This document shows, one piece after another, positions 12,475 to 24,745 of a stretch of DNA of 64,000 bases. The notes under the pieces are model-generated. The model ran no database searches and was not told the DNA's origin. It saw only the letters and a program-made list of their open reading frames with translations. Both the position numbers and the translations under genes were made by a program. Position 1 is the stretch's first letter. Each line of letters begins with the position of its first letter. Origin of the DNA: Microthyrium microscopicum (lineage: Eukaryota); the NCBI GenBank assembly GCA_010405405.1, contig MU004231.1, positions 3,894,884 through 3,958,883 on the forward strand. The letters run 5' to 3'.

Positions 12475-14292
12475 GATAAAGAGCTGGCGAAAGCCACAGG
12501 AATTGATAGAGGAAGATGGATGGAAATCGGCCCGGGGGTGGTGCTGAGTAAAATAAAACCGGGGCTGTCAGATTTGTTCTAGGGAGACCGATTCATGGTT
12601 CTTGGTGTCAATGTCTCATCAACCAAGGAGGGAGTAGCGCAGGAGTGTTCCTTCAGTGAATATCCCCATATCCTGGATGGTAATTGGTGGAGAGTACTAG
12701 TGCTCAAGGTGAGGTGATTTAGACTGTAATCTGGCGTGGGTAATATCAAGATAGCGCGAGGGACAAGAAGTAGGTGTTGTAGGCTTGTAGCGGAGAATAG
12801 AGTAGGCTAAAATATTAAGATGGCAAGATCAGGATAGCGGAAAGGTAGAGCACGAGTAGTAGGATGCGCCAAATCGGCAATTGAGTCGTCAGAGCAAAAA
12901 AGTCAAGAACATCCGGGGGCGTGGGTAAGATCAAGGAAAGAGCACGAGACTGCCAATTGTGACTGGAGATGGCCTCAGGCTTAGGATTAACCGTTGGCGA
13001 CCGGAGCGATCGGATACCACGAGAAGAGGCGCCGATAGGGTGGCAATTGACAAAACGACGCGTCAAAGTCTAGAACATTTAACACAGCCTAGATACCAAG
13101 CAAGCTGAGTTTCTCTCCTAAAGACTAAAGCTTGTTAAGGTACAACTCATAAGTCACAACCATTCAAATGTTAAATACCTCTGCTGCGCGTTCTGTGGTT
13201 ATACAGGCAAGATCTGGCCTGTAAATTCAGCTGCAGAAGCAGGAATTCCTATTGGATCGCGCGGCGGGATCGAGGAGTATGATACAGTGCAAGTTTGTAT
13301 GTGATTGGACTGTTGGCGGCCTGAACTGCAACAATAAGCTACAATACAAATTTGCACTGTAGCATACTCCTCTAGTCCAGGGTCTCCCCAATCAGAATCC
13401 TAGATCCGTAGCTAAAACTACGCTCGAGATTCTTGCCTGTATAACCACAGAACGCGCAGCAGAGGTAATGTGCGCAGCGCGTTGGTTAAGGTTTCGACCC
13501 TTGCAACTTGCCAGCGCGCTTGACTCAAAATAGCCTTTCTTGGCTGCTCTGTAAGCTTGACCGCCAATTGTGACTGCATATTGCAAGCGCGCTAGTTGTT
13601 ACCAATATCGTTTGCTGCATTGTCACTGTAACATTCCGCTCAGAATGGATATAGTGGCTTGGCCATGTATTTGACCGCTTTTAACCAAAGCATCTTGACC
13701 AAATTCAATGGCTGCCATCGCATCTGCTGATAAAGATCTTGCTTCACTTCCCATTGTACTTGGTCGCTTCAATGGCGTCGGTAGCAGTTAATCATTGCGT
13801 TTGACTGTGTATCCGTGTACTCTACTAGTACTAACAAGTAATCCTTTCACAGATTTGTCTTTGGCAAGACCGCCAACGAGTCGACATAATAGAAGCATCA
13901 CATCAGCTACGCCGGTTTCCATCGCATTCAATCCAACAACACCCCTAACTCTTAGCTATTTGATGGGAAACAAAACACTCGATTGAAAACATAAGATAAT
14001 GTTCAGTGAAAATCTATATCTTGGTCATTTATAAAGCGTAGTAGGATGGCGAACTGTGTAGGTACCGATCGCAGCAACGACAGTTGGTTGGTTCTTTCCG
14101 CCTCTAACGGGTTAAACCGGAATCGTGAAGGTATCGAATTGCAATTGTGGATACTGTACATGAGGTATTATTTACTGAGCTGTAAGTTTACGCTGGCGCA
14201 ATAAAAAAAATACAAAAAAACAATAGTCATCATAAACAATGCATTCATATTGACATCAAGCTGTAACACGCACCCAGTTTGCAAATGCACAC

Positions 14293-17200
14293 CTAGGAAA
14301 TAGTATCATCCGAATCATCCAACAAACTCTCTACCAGCGAATCTTCTACGTGACGCTTAGCAAGCCCAGTCATGACATCCACTTCCTCGCTATCATCGTC
14401 TTCATCATAATCATTGAACACCGTGCCTTCATGATCAGGCTTCGTGAGCATAGTGAGATCCGCTGTGTCAATGACATCCATCTCGTTCGCGTCTGGAATG
14501 TCCTCTGAAGCTTCTACTATTTCTTCCAAGGCCTCGGGAGTTTGCTCCGTAGACGATCTCACACCACTGTATTCCTTCTCATCTTCAGCCGGTGCATCTT
14601 CCTCCACGGTAGCCAGCAGCTTCGTGACCGAGGTTTGAAGCTTGGCAAGCGCATTGCGAGCAGAGGCTTCGTTGGCAACTCGACTCTCCAAAGCTTCAGT
14701 CAACAGCGCGGAAATAGTTTGAAACTCAGCAACAGGTGCCGTTGGACTGAGGTAGATTTTGCTGAAGATGGAGACGTAGTGTTTTCGCTCCTCTTTGTTG
14801 CAACCAGGCGAGAGAATCTTTTCCAGCGCCTCAACGACCAAGACGAGATGGCCGTCCAGTTCACCCTCAGTGATATCGTGACTGAGTTTGTCCATCATCG
14901 GTACGCATTTCCGTGGATCGGTCCAGTCGCACAGCTGCGCTACGACAAGATTTATGCCAACCATTTCTTCTTCTTCATCTAAATCTTCTGCTCGCTCAGC
15001 TAGAGTGTGTATTACACTGATGGCGACGCGAGCCATCGCTTCAGCGTTTTGGCGTTTGCTGTGACAGTAGACTGGGAGGAAGTATGTGAGAGCTTGTCTT
15101 AGACCTGGATTGCTTTGGGTTTCTGGGTCAAAGTAAGCTAGGATGAGCTGCTTGAGCAAGTCATTGTCCTGAATAGTTCCGGCCAACATCAATTTCGACA
15201 GCGAGATGCATCCATTGCTCTGGACGCCATTATCTGGAGCGCGAAGACTCTTGGAATACATCTTGTAGATTGGCTTGACCAGTGGATTTGCTCCAGCCTC
15301 CTGCTCAGGATCTGAAGCAACGGGCTGGGCCAGGAGAGATGGATGCCTTGTCAAGATATCAGAGATGATCTGGACTGCAATAATTTGCAGCGCTTCGTGA
15401 CCCTTTGCAAAGCAATGGAGGAACAAAGTGAGGTTCTCTTCGGCAAGATTCTGCTTCTGTTAGTGCATTGCTTCAGTATTATAGGAATCACATACCTTGC
15501 TTAACAGGCAGCAAAGACCAAGACATAGCAAACCACGTTCTCGAATTGGAGCTTCTTGACTTCGTACTGCTGGGACAACCAAGTTATTCAGCATAGTAAC
15601 AAGATGACTATTCTGCTCGAGATCGCATTGGACATTTTGCAACATGCACTGAGCAATGTGCAGGCATTTCAAGTTGACCATGATTTCTTGGTAGGCCTTT
15701 TTCTCATCAAAGTCCCCAGCTTGAGGAGTCTTTTCTCGGGATGGAGCCACGTCGGATTGTGCTGAGTGGAAACTGTCGTCTACATCCTCATTGTTCTGTT
15801 GCTGTTCCTCGCCAATGATAGTATCATGGACTTCAGCTACAGCTTCAAGAACAATGCTGCAGAATTCCTGCTCCCCAGCAATATCTTTACCACAAACGAG
15901 ACGTAGAGTTTCAACAACAAGCTTCGTACACTCTTCGGGTAAATCTGCCAGCGCAAGAGCTTCTCGCATTATTGAAAACATCTTACGACGACCCATCTCG
16001 TCTGAATAGTCGAGGGTTAACGCGATATGTAGAAGTTGCTCAACGCAGAATTCTTGCTGAACAGCATCCTCTTCCGCCTGTGCCTGCTGATCCGTAATAG
16101 CCTTTGCTTCATCGCAGTCTGGATCTTCGGCGTAGCTGTCCAGATTATCTGTCAGCTGTGACACCTTGGAAACCAGCGCCATTAGTTTAGCGATGTGTCG
16201 CTGGAGTAAGAATGCAAACTTGGTGACTTCGGGCATCTTGTCCTCGCGCATGCTTTCAAGAGCAGAATCACCCGAGTCTCGACAGAACTGGTTGAATGTA
16301 CGAGCAATAAACATGCTTTCGGCGGTAACATCCTCGAAGAAAGGGTCTTCGAATGTGACGTGGGCGCGATAATCAGGTCTACCGTCCCAAAATTGCTTCA
16401 TTGCATCGTGAGCAATTCCGCTCTCCCCTCCTGCATTCATCACGTCGATGCGCTCTAGTAGCTCAAGCAGGGCGTCCATGTTTGGATCGGACACCTTTTC
16501 TGGCTGTTTTGATTTTGGCTGCTCTGGTGCTTCCTCGACCTCGGCCTCAGCTGTCTGAGTCGACGCACAATCTTCGATCCAGCGTTCTCGGAACAATCGA
16601 GCTGTGGCTTTGCGGACGTTTTCATCACGATCACGTAATCCCCACCGTAGCAGCTTCTCTCGATGTTGCAGTGATAAATGACGGAAATCTCCAAGAGCTG
16701 GTAAAAGTCTTGAGTAAAGCACCCGACGAGTCGAAGCATCCAAATCTCGAGCCCGCTCTAGAAGATATGGTAATGTCGTCGGTGTGAAGGGCAGATTTAG
16801 CAGTAAGGCACGGCGGACTTCAGCGCTTGGATCGTGCTGAAGAGCCAGGAGCAGCTTGTTAAGAACTCCTCCTGCATCTTCGTCCTCGCTGTCTTCGTCT
16901 TCATCTTGCTCGTCTGTTTCCTCGGCAAGTCGTCCTAAACCGAGAACTGCTTGAACTCTGATATTGCTCTCTTTGTCCTTGAGTCTTCGTAATAGAGCGA
17001 GGCGGATGATAGCAAAGAGATCATCATCTATTGAATCCAATGTGTTGACAACGTGAGATATGATTTGAGTAGAACGGTATCGAACGACCTTGTCTTTGGC
17101 TTGACTGATCTGTAGAGTAAGGTTGAGAATATGTGAGGTAAGGCGACTCGTTGGTGTTTCAGGAAAACCGTCTGTTGCGTCGGCGTCTGGGTTGCGAAAA

Positions 17201-17697
17201 ATGGCGTTGTCTACACCTTGTCAGTTTACCGCTATTCTTGTCACTGAATGCAATTTACCTTTGTCCGAAGCATACTTGAGAAAGAAGCCTAAAAATCGAA
17301 CAAGCCGATCGCCGACAGATTCGCTCTTCTTGATAGAGAAGACGCGAAGAACACATCGCGATACCTCCTCATTGAAGTCGCTTTCATCGTAGTCGCGAGC
17401 ATCGTCAGCGAAAGCATGCTTTCTTGGGTTTGGGGTTTCGTAGCAGCAGAGTTCTTGGATTTTGCGCAGATTTACAGCAGACTTTCTTTGCGTAGTCACG
17501 CCCTTCTGCGCGTCAGAAAATGTTGTGCAAACACGCTCACGGAGCGATGTAGCGGGTCCTTCTTCCGGAATCTCAATCGCGTATGTCGAGGAGCGCGTCG
17601 AAGAAGCACGAGTCTTTGCGGCGGTCGATGTTTTTCGAGAGGTGGCGCCTTCTGCCTTGGCGGCACGATTTGCGCGTACAGACGGTCTTCCTGGCAT
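14293..17697 (-). CDS. YCG1: Condensin HEAT subunit Ycg1/Cnd3 (CAP-G)
   Basis: Exons 17697-17259, 17210-15496, 15450-14293. Motifs HDPSAEVRR, LLERARD, DYSDEMGRRKM, LRQALTYFLPVY. Confidence 0.93.
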
Positions 17698-17987
17698 ATT
17701 CGGCAACGGTTAGTATGGAGTAGTCTTGTCGGTGATAACAGTTAAGGGTTGGTTCAGATCAGTAAATAAACTTGGCGTGCGGTTGCTAGTAAACAATGAT
17801 CGGCTGCGAGTGCCTGATTTGGATGGCCCCACTCTAACCAATTACGTGCTAGTGGCATATTGCGACATGTTGATGAGCATCGTCACTTCAACGAGCATAA
17901 CTTTTTGATACAACTTGAAAGCTTTACTAGGCAGAAACCTGCACTTGAATATCTACAGACTACATATGTCAATCACCTAGCTTGATA

Positions 17988-19195
17988 ATGCTTCGAACAG
18001 CAGTGCGCCAATTTGCGCATTCCTCAAGTCGAATGGCAGGTACTGTTCAGCAACTCACCATCGCCGAGATTGAAGCTGGATCTCGGAAGGCAATTAATAT
18101 TTCTAAGGCTCAGACAATTGCAAATAGAGGATTCATCGATGGTGAGGACCTCCTTGTCCCTGTTTAACAGTTTTCTCAAGCTTACTTTGTCCCTTAGCAA
18201 TTGGTAACACACCTTTAATACGACTCAACAAACTCTCCGAGGAGACTGGTTGCGAGGTTCTCGGCAAGGCTGAATTCCAAAATCCTGGAGGTTCGGTCAA
18301 GGATCGCGCCGCGTTATACGTAGTGGAAAATGCAGAAAAGCTGGGCTTACTCAAAGCGGGCGGCACAGTCGTAGAAGGAACGGCTGGCAATACTGGCATA
18401 GGACTCGCACATGTGTGTAGATCCAAGGGTTACAAATGCGTAATTTACATGCCAAATACACAATCACAAGGCAAAATCGATCTTTTACGGCTACTCGGGG
18501 CGGAAGTCTACCCTGTGCCTGCTGTTGCGTTTGACAATCCTCAAAATTACAACCATCAGGCTAAACGACACGCAGAAGAAATCGATAATGCAGTCTGGAC
18601 CAATCAGTTCGACAATATTGCAAACAGACAGGCACACATAGAAACGACAGGCCCTGAGATATGGGCTCAAACAGAAGGAAAGATCGACGCTTTCACTTGC
18701 TCAACTGGTACCGGAGGCACTCTTGCTGGGGTGACTCGATATCTCAAGGAGAAGTCCAACGGACGAGTCAAAACATTCCTCGCTGATCCTCCGGGATCGG
18801 TTCTACATTCCTACATAAGTAGTGGCGGTAAACTCGTAGAACGAAGCGGATCGTCAATCACAGAGGGAATTGGTCAGGGTCGAGTCACAGATAACCTTCA
18901 ACCGGATATCGATCTGCTTGATGGCTCCTTGAAGATAGACGACACCAAAACTATTGAAATGGTCTATCGTTGCCTTGACGAAGAAGGATTATATCTTGGG
19001 GCTAGTTCCTGTCTGAATGTCGTGGCAGCTAAAGAAGTCGCTGAAAAACTGGGCAAAGGACACACAGTTGTCACCGTTTTGTGTGATGGTGCATATCGAT
19101 ACGCAGACAGACTATTCTCAAAGAAGTGGCTAATTGAGAAGAATCTTCTCGAGTCGATACCCAAGCATCTAGAGAAGTACATAGTGCTACCCTAA
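17988..19195 (+). CDS. cysB: Cysteine synthase (O-acetylserine sulfhydrylase) with mitochondrial-type presequence
   Basis: Exons 17988-18141 and 18198-19195. [16 protein letters not shown] (PLP lysine), TAGNTG, GTGGT, TEGIG. Confidence 0.95.
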
Positions 19196-19596
19196 ATAAC
19201 AAATCGTCCCATCAAGCGCGCTTTTTACCACCTGGTACGCTTTGATATCGAATGTTCTACTTCCCGCCGAACGCGTAAAGCTGCATAACCTAACCGAATG
19301 AGCTGCATAATAAAAGAACGTTCTTATGTTTAGGCCTTATTAGTCGACACCATGTTCGACGGGATCTTGCTTCCTGGTACGTTTATCGGCTGCCTTGATT
19401 ATAAGAATTCTTGAGCGAGGATGCTTTTTCTCAAGGGAAGTTGTGATCGAATGTAGTCTGATTCTTCTAGCTTAAGATAAACAAAACCCGCAAGTAATTC
19501 TTTCCAAACCACGAGCAAATAACCTTTTCAACTCTTGTCGCTGATTAAAACCCTAGAAATCATAACTCCAAAGTTAGGCCGTCTATTACTTTCACG

Positions 19597-20904
19597 TTAC
19601 ATAGACGATGAGGCCTGTTCTGGAGACTTTGGTGTGTTACCAACAGAAGTCATGCCATGGCCGGAGTGAGCGTCTCCACTTGCTGCACCAGCACTTGGAG
19701 TCTCCGAACCAGATGACTTGGGAGCTGCCATCGAGCCGGCTGACCCGGATCCTTTGGGGGCGCTCCCAGATGCCATCCCATGGCCAGCGTGTGCGTCATC
19801 AGAGTCACTGGCACTTGGTGAACTGGAGCTGGATGAGCCTGCAGAGGATGATCCAGACGATGAACTGCTGGGAGAGCTTGATCCAGCGTCGGGGGCTTTT
19901 GGAGAACTGCTGGAGCTTCCGGAGCTGGAAGATCCAGAGTCTTTGGGAGTAGAGCTTGAAGATGGCGAGGAGCCGCCGGAAGGACTCAAGGGGCTGGCAC
20001 CACCGAATGGTGAGCCTGCGTCTTTGGGTGATGATGAAGCGGATGGCGATGAACTTGAGCTTTCAGATTCTGGTGACTTCGGAGCAGCTGGCGATGAAGA
20101 CGAGCCTCCTGCTTTAGGCGACTTTGGAGCCGAACCGCTACTGCTTGATGACGACCCAAGAGGCGATGCGCTGGATGGAGATGAGGAGGAGCTTCCTTCT
20201 GGCGAGCTGGGAGAGCTGCTGCTTTCTGGGCTAAATGTTCCTCCTCCAACGCCAGGTGTGCTTGGGTCTGCTCCTTTGGCTCCCTTTCCAAGGCCGCCGG
20301 CACCTTTACCTTTTCCGCCTGTAAAAGTGGTTAATATGGACCATGATGTCCGAAGTAAGACAGTAGAACCTACCGAAACCTTTGCCGCCCATACCACCAA
20401 GTCCTGTTGGAGCGCCTTCACCTCCAGTCAAACCACCAAGACCGCCAGAGCCTTTTCCGAGTCCTCCCATACCTTTTCCAAGTCCTCCCATACCTTTTCC
20501 GAGTCCTCCCATACCTTTTCCGAGTCCTCCCATACCTTTTCCGAAGCCTGTGGTGATGTTAGACTAGTAATCTGTGGATAGGAGTTGCCAGACTAACCTT
20601 TTCCACCTCCTTTGCCGGACTTTCCATGTCGATGGCGGCGCCGACCTTTGCCTTTGCCCCCTTTGCCCCCTTTTACTCCACCAAACCCACCAGCACCACC
20701 ACCGAAGCCACCATCACCGGCACCAAGGCCGCCCCCGAGGCCCTTAGGTTCATGTTCTGTTGAAAGACCGAGGAAGGCTGGGCCTGGATTATCTGAAGCT
20801 GCATCTGCGCGGCCCAAGAAGTCGACGTCAGTCTCTCCTCCAGGAATAGGTGAAGCCCATGCCAAAAGGCTGAAGAGAGTGAGTGTAAGGAAAGCTTTGC
20901 CCAT
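19597..20904 (-). CDS. Secreted Gly/Lys-repeat and Ser-rich protein (400 aa)
   Basis: Exons 20904-20598, 20547-20374, 20318-19597, total 1203 nt in phase. Signal peptide, KGRRRHRH, tandem GGLGKG(M/S), Ser-rich stalk, two DAHxGHGM motifs. Confidence 0.8.
20451..20544. repeat. Coding 21-bp tandem repeat, about 4.5 copies
   Basis: Unit ccttttccgagtcctcccata starts at 20451, 20472, 20493, 20514 and partially at 20535. Encodes GGLGKGM on the minus strand. Confidence 0.95.
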
Positions 20905-23022
20905 GTTGAACGATTGTCTGATATCAGTTGTATAAATGAGTGAAAGTCTTGGTGAAGATTGAAGAGAAGGAATCTGTTGTTGGTAGTTGAGTTGGAGTGA
21001 GTGATTAAACTTGAGAGCTTCTCCTTCTTATATCCCCATGATCCAAGAGAACTAAGAATAGATAGCAGATGCAACTCGGGAGATACAGAGCCATAGCGTC
21101 CAGTATGACAGCTCTGGTCGGCCTGCACTGCCGGGGCGATGACCAAAGGGCAATTTTGCCATGCCTGCTGTAACTGCGATATTCAGATCAAGTAAGTGAA
21201 GCATGAGAGAAATTTCAGCGCTTCATGAAGATGTTGGGGATGCGAGATTTAGGGAAGAGAGCATTCGGCCAATGACAGTATCGCCATTTTGGCTTTCTGT
21301 AGCATGATTCAATCAACATGGAAAAGATTGAAACACTTGGTCTCCCAGATTGAATGAACGGGTAGGGTTTGGTAATTGGCCCGTGAGGTAATTGGTGATG
21401 GGAGATACCTGGTACATGCTCAAGCGCAGGTCAGTTGTGAGCCCTTCAACACAACCTTATTTGCTGATTTGCAAGACCCGAATGTTGACAAATGATTCCA
21501 TTGTCGAAGAGCTGGAATTAGACATGTACCTGTCAGTGATATATGATCTCTCTTGTAAGCGTTGAACTTAATTACAGAACGAATGACAGACAATGAAAGC
21601 CAGTGCAAGGGGATACACAGCCGATGATAACTCAGTAATACAGGAGTTGGATATCAGTGTGGTCTCACATCTAGTCCATAGTGAAGACGAAAATAGGACA
21701 GGCGTTTGAAGCTAGTACTGAGAGTCTATATCACAACTTACTCTTGTAAACTGGTTAGAACCCATCGCCTTCGTATTGAGCTTCCTGGTCTAGACCCAGA
21801 GGCGCCTAGATCTGAGAGGCAAGGGTAGCGTCATGCCGAGTTGACGAGTTTCCAGGCTTTTGTCAAGTCTATTCGGATGAAACGATGAGGACACCCTGAT
21901 CACATAATTATTAGTTCCTGGCTTGAAAAGACTAGGATACGAACCATCTCAGGGCTGCAAATTCGACTACTAAACTCGTCGTGTAGATCTCCAGGAAAAT
22001 TGGAGGAGTCTTGCCCCGAAGTCATCAACAAGTTATGCTGGAACATGTCATATCAATAATGCATATGCTCTTGCTGCCTATACAACAACATATCTCTCGT
22101 CGTTTTTCATGACCAAAAGATGTTTTGATTTCCAGCGCATTCGATGCAGAGTCGATAATTTCATGCCTTCATACGGTTGGAAGGAAGGATTCAAACCACT
22201 CTGAATATAGCGTAGCAGCTGGTTGACCTCACATTAGCTAGGGGCATATTGATTCACCTCAGTCTGAACATGAAGAACGGAAGATAGCGAATATAACGAG
22301 CTTCGGTAAAGTCAGCCAGAATTCCTGGTTCAAAATAAGTGTGGCAAGCTAACCTCCTGACGAGTTTCGCATAGACACGATAGCTTTGATGTCTGCAAAA
22401 ATATATCACCATTGCAAGAGTATGAAGACAATGGGATGCAATACTGCTCCAAGTCTGAGCGGACGGTTTAATTACGACCTAGCTACAACTTCCTCTTCGC
22501 TTCTGCGTACATTGTGATCATGACCTTGTGGACTAGGCCAGCTTGCTGCTTGCGCCTGTCATTGTCACTCGTTCGCTTGCCTTGACGCGATTTTTAAAAA
22601 AAGGCTGACCATGTCCATCCCCCCCTTTCTGCACCCATAACAACAATGAACATGTTATGCGCCTTAAATCAACACTATCCCTCGATTGAAAGCTCTGCAT
22701 CACCTACTATCTTGCTAGAGACATTCCGTCTCCTTTTCCTTACTAATGGCTTCTATAGACGCCAACGATGAGAAAACTGCCTTAAGTATAGCTCGCATAG
22801 TTTGCGAGCGGGAAACTTATAGGTTTCCTGCCTAAACTATTCTACCAAAAGTGAGAGCGTTTGCTAATAACAAAGTTTTAGATATCTTAATATTGCTAAC
22901 ATCTATGCCTATGTTGACACTCTCTAACAAATATTCCTAGCCGCACGCCCGTGTAATGACACCTCATTAGCTGCTTTCGCTCAGCTGGCGCTCATGCGAT
23001 TAAGTGCTCAGCGAGCATTTAT

Positions 23023-23085
23023 TTCTTGAATCATGGCAACATCGTTGGCACCATCTCCAATGGCAAGCGTCAAACAATCAAGACT
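23023..23085 (-). pseudogene. P4-ATPase (Dnf1/Dnf2-type flippase) gene fragment
   Basis: Reads SLDCLTLAIGDGANDVAMIQE, the P-type ATPase GDGxND hinge, bounded by stops. Confidence 0.85.
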
Positions 23086-23349
23086 TCACTTGACCTTTGT
23101 GGAGTCCAAACTTCGGTCCATCTTTTGCAGGAATTGAAACGGGCCGTACTGTTAAGTTGTAACTTAGTGCCTCAATATTAGGGAGTTGATCATAGCGATG
23201 GCTCACTTACAGTCAACTCCGAGCGCAATCCATGCTTTATCAACATCGTACCCACTGCCGGCCAGTTGTCGATATATCGTCGGTTTTGAAAAACTGCCAT
23301 TGAAAGGTACGGTAATGTAGGTAACACCAATGTCCTGAAAGATTGGTGA
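23078..23349 (-). pseudogene. Truncated DUF3328/UstYa-family oxidase fragment
   Basis: 23349-23211, intron 23210-23149, then 23148-23078 give SPIFQDIGVTYITVPFNGSFSKPTIYRQLAGSGYDVDKAWIALGVDLRPVSIPAKDGPKFGLHKGQVKS*. It stops before any HxxHC motif and has no evident 5' exon. Confidence 0.75.
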
Positions 23350-23871
23350 TCAGGTATTAGATACACGTTTAATTGTGCTATTTGCGTTATGATGTCTGCA
23401 TGGGTCCCCGAGATAAGCCGTGCTTGAGATAATCATGGTGTTGCGAGACTTGGTTTCACTGTGCTGGAAGTACTGTCAACAGTGGCGTTTTGTCTCAAGA
23501 AATCGTAGTACGGCGATTTCCTTGGGATGTTTCCAACCAGTGGCTGCTTGCTTGAACGATAGCAGATGTCCAATTGATGGTTCATGCCAATCTTTTTGCT
23601 TGCCGGTTGTCGTGATAGCGTCGTTGCATTGATTCAGGTAATTCCAGTTGGTGTTGTATGGCATGTAATGAATGAGGAGCTTCGAAGGTCTCAAGTATGC
23701 AACAAGAGATCTGAATTGTACTGCTGTTCCACGATACTTCAGCAGAGTTGGTGTGCCAAGGCTGTTGTCTAGCTTCAGTTCATCCTCAATTCTTCTATTT
23801 AATGTCATCATGAGTAGGGTATTGATATCTTACAACACTTTCTCCTTAAGTGACACCTAGTATACATAGTC

Positions 23872-24502
23872 TTAGCTCTTCTCAAAATCACTCTTTTGAA
23901 GATTCCGAGTGGCTGCTGGCAATTTTACGACCAGACCGTCCAATTCCTTTGTCATTTCGACTTGGCAGCCCAATCGTGATGTTTCTGTGAGACCAAAAGC
24001 CAGATCTAGCATATCGTTCTCATCATCTGATGGCTCGGACAATTTGTCGTACATGTCGGAGTCATTTATAATGATATGGCATGTCGAACAAGCGCAGCTT
24101 CCTCCGCAAGCTCCTTCAACATCAAGATCGTATGCTTGTGCTATGTCGAGCAGATTCGCTCCATCGGCGACTTCGAATGTATGAGAATTGCCGGTTTTAT
24201 CAATGAAAGTGACCTTGCGTCTAAAGCAATTGTATTAGCCATGCAAATAGTTGCATCATGCCAGAGAAAGCTCACTCTTCTCCCGGCTTTGGCTTTTCGA
24301 CATGGCCATGCCTTGAACGACTAGATACCGAGAAAGCTCGGTTCGAAGGTAACGAGTGCTGCCATAGTGAGGATGTTTGAGGCGGCGTTATCCGCGATAT
24401 GGAAGTTGATGATGGAGAAGAGTGGCGGAAAAGCTGGGCGGATCTACCAGCGAGCGGTGCGCGACATAGTAGTTGCCGAAATGATTGAGCGCAAGAGGTC
24501 AT
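23872..24502 (-). CDS. YAH1: Mitochondrial [2Fe-2S] ferredoxin (adrenodoxin-like)
   Basis: Exons 24502-24276 and 24220-23872. GACGGSCACSTCH...DMLDLA...SRLGCQ; R/S-rich presequence. Confidence 0.95.
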
Positions 24503-24745
24503 TGGTGCAAGGCTCTACAGATTTGAGGCATATACAGTGGAATTGTCTAAAGAAAAGCCGTAGATTGTTGATGGTTGACATAGAAAAGGCAAAAAAGCTC
24601 GGGCCTCTGATTTTTTTGATGGGCCAGAGGCTGCAGCATTGATTTGATGATTGATCCATGGACGTCACACCAAACATCAACGCCATCACTACCTATTTGT
24701 CCTCCATTTGGCGCGTCTACCATTTTATTTGGTTTAGATGCTATC

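Noticed and set aside
19718..20581. 287 aa plus-strand ORF
   Set aside because: Antisense shadow of the low-complexity secreted protein.
21881..22204. Protein-like plus-strand frame broken by two TAA stops
   Set aside because: Could be a RIP-type relic, but no homology is recognisable by eye.
23476..23811. 111 aa ORF upstream of the DUF3328 relic
   Set aside because: No TM segment or DUF3328 similarity, and it cannot be spliced convincingly to the relic.
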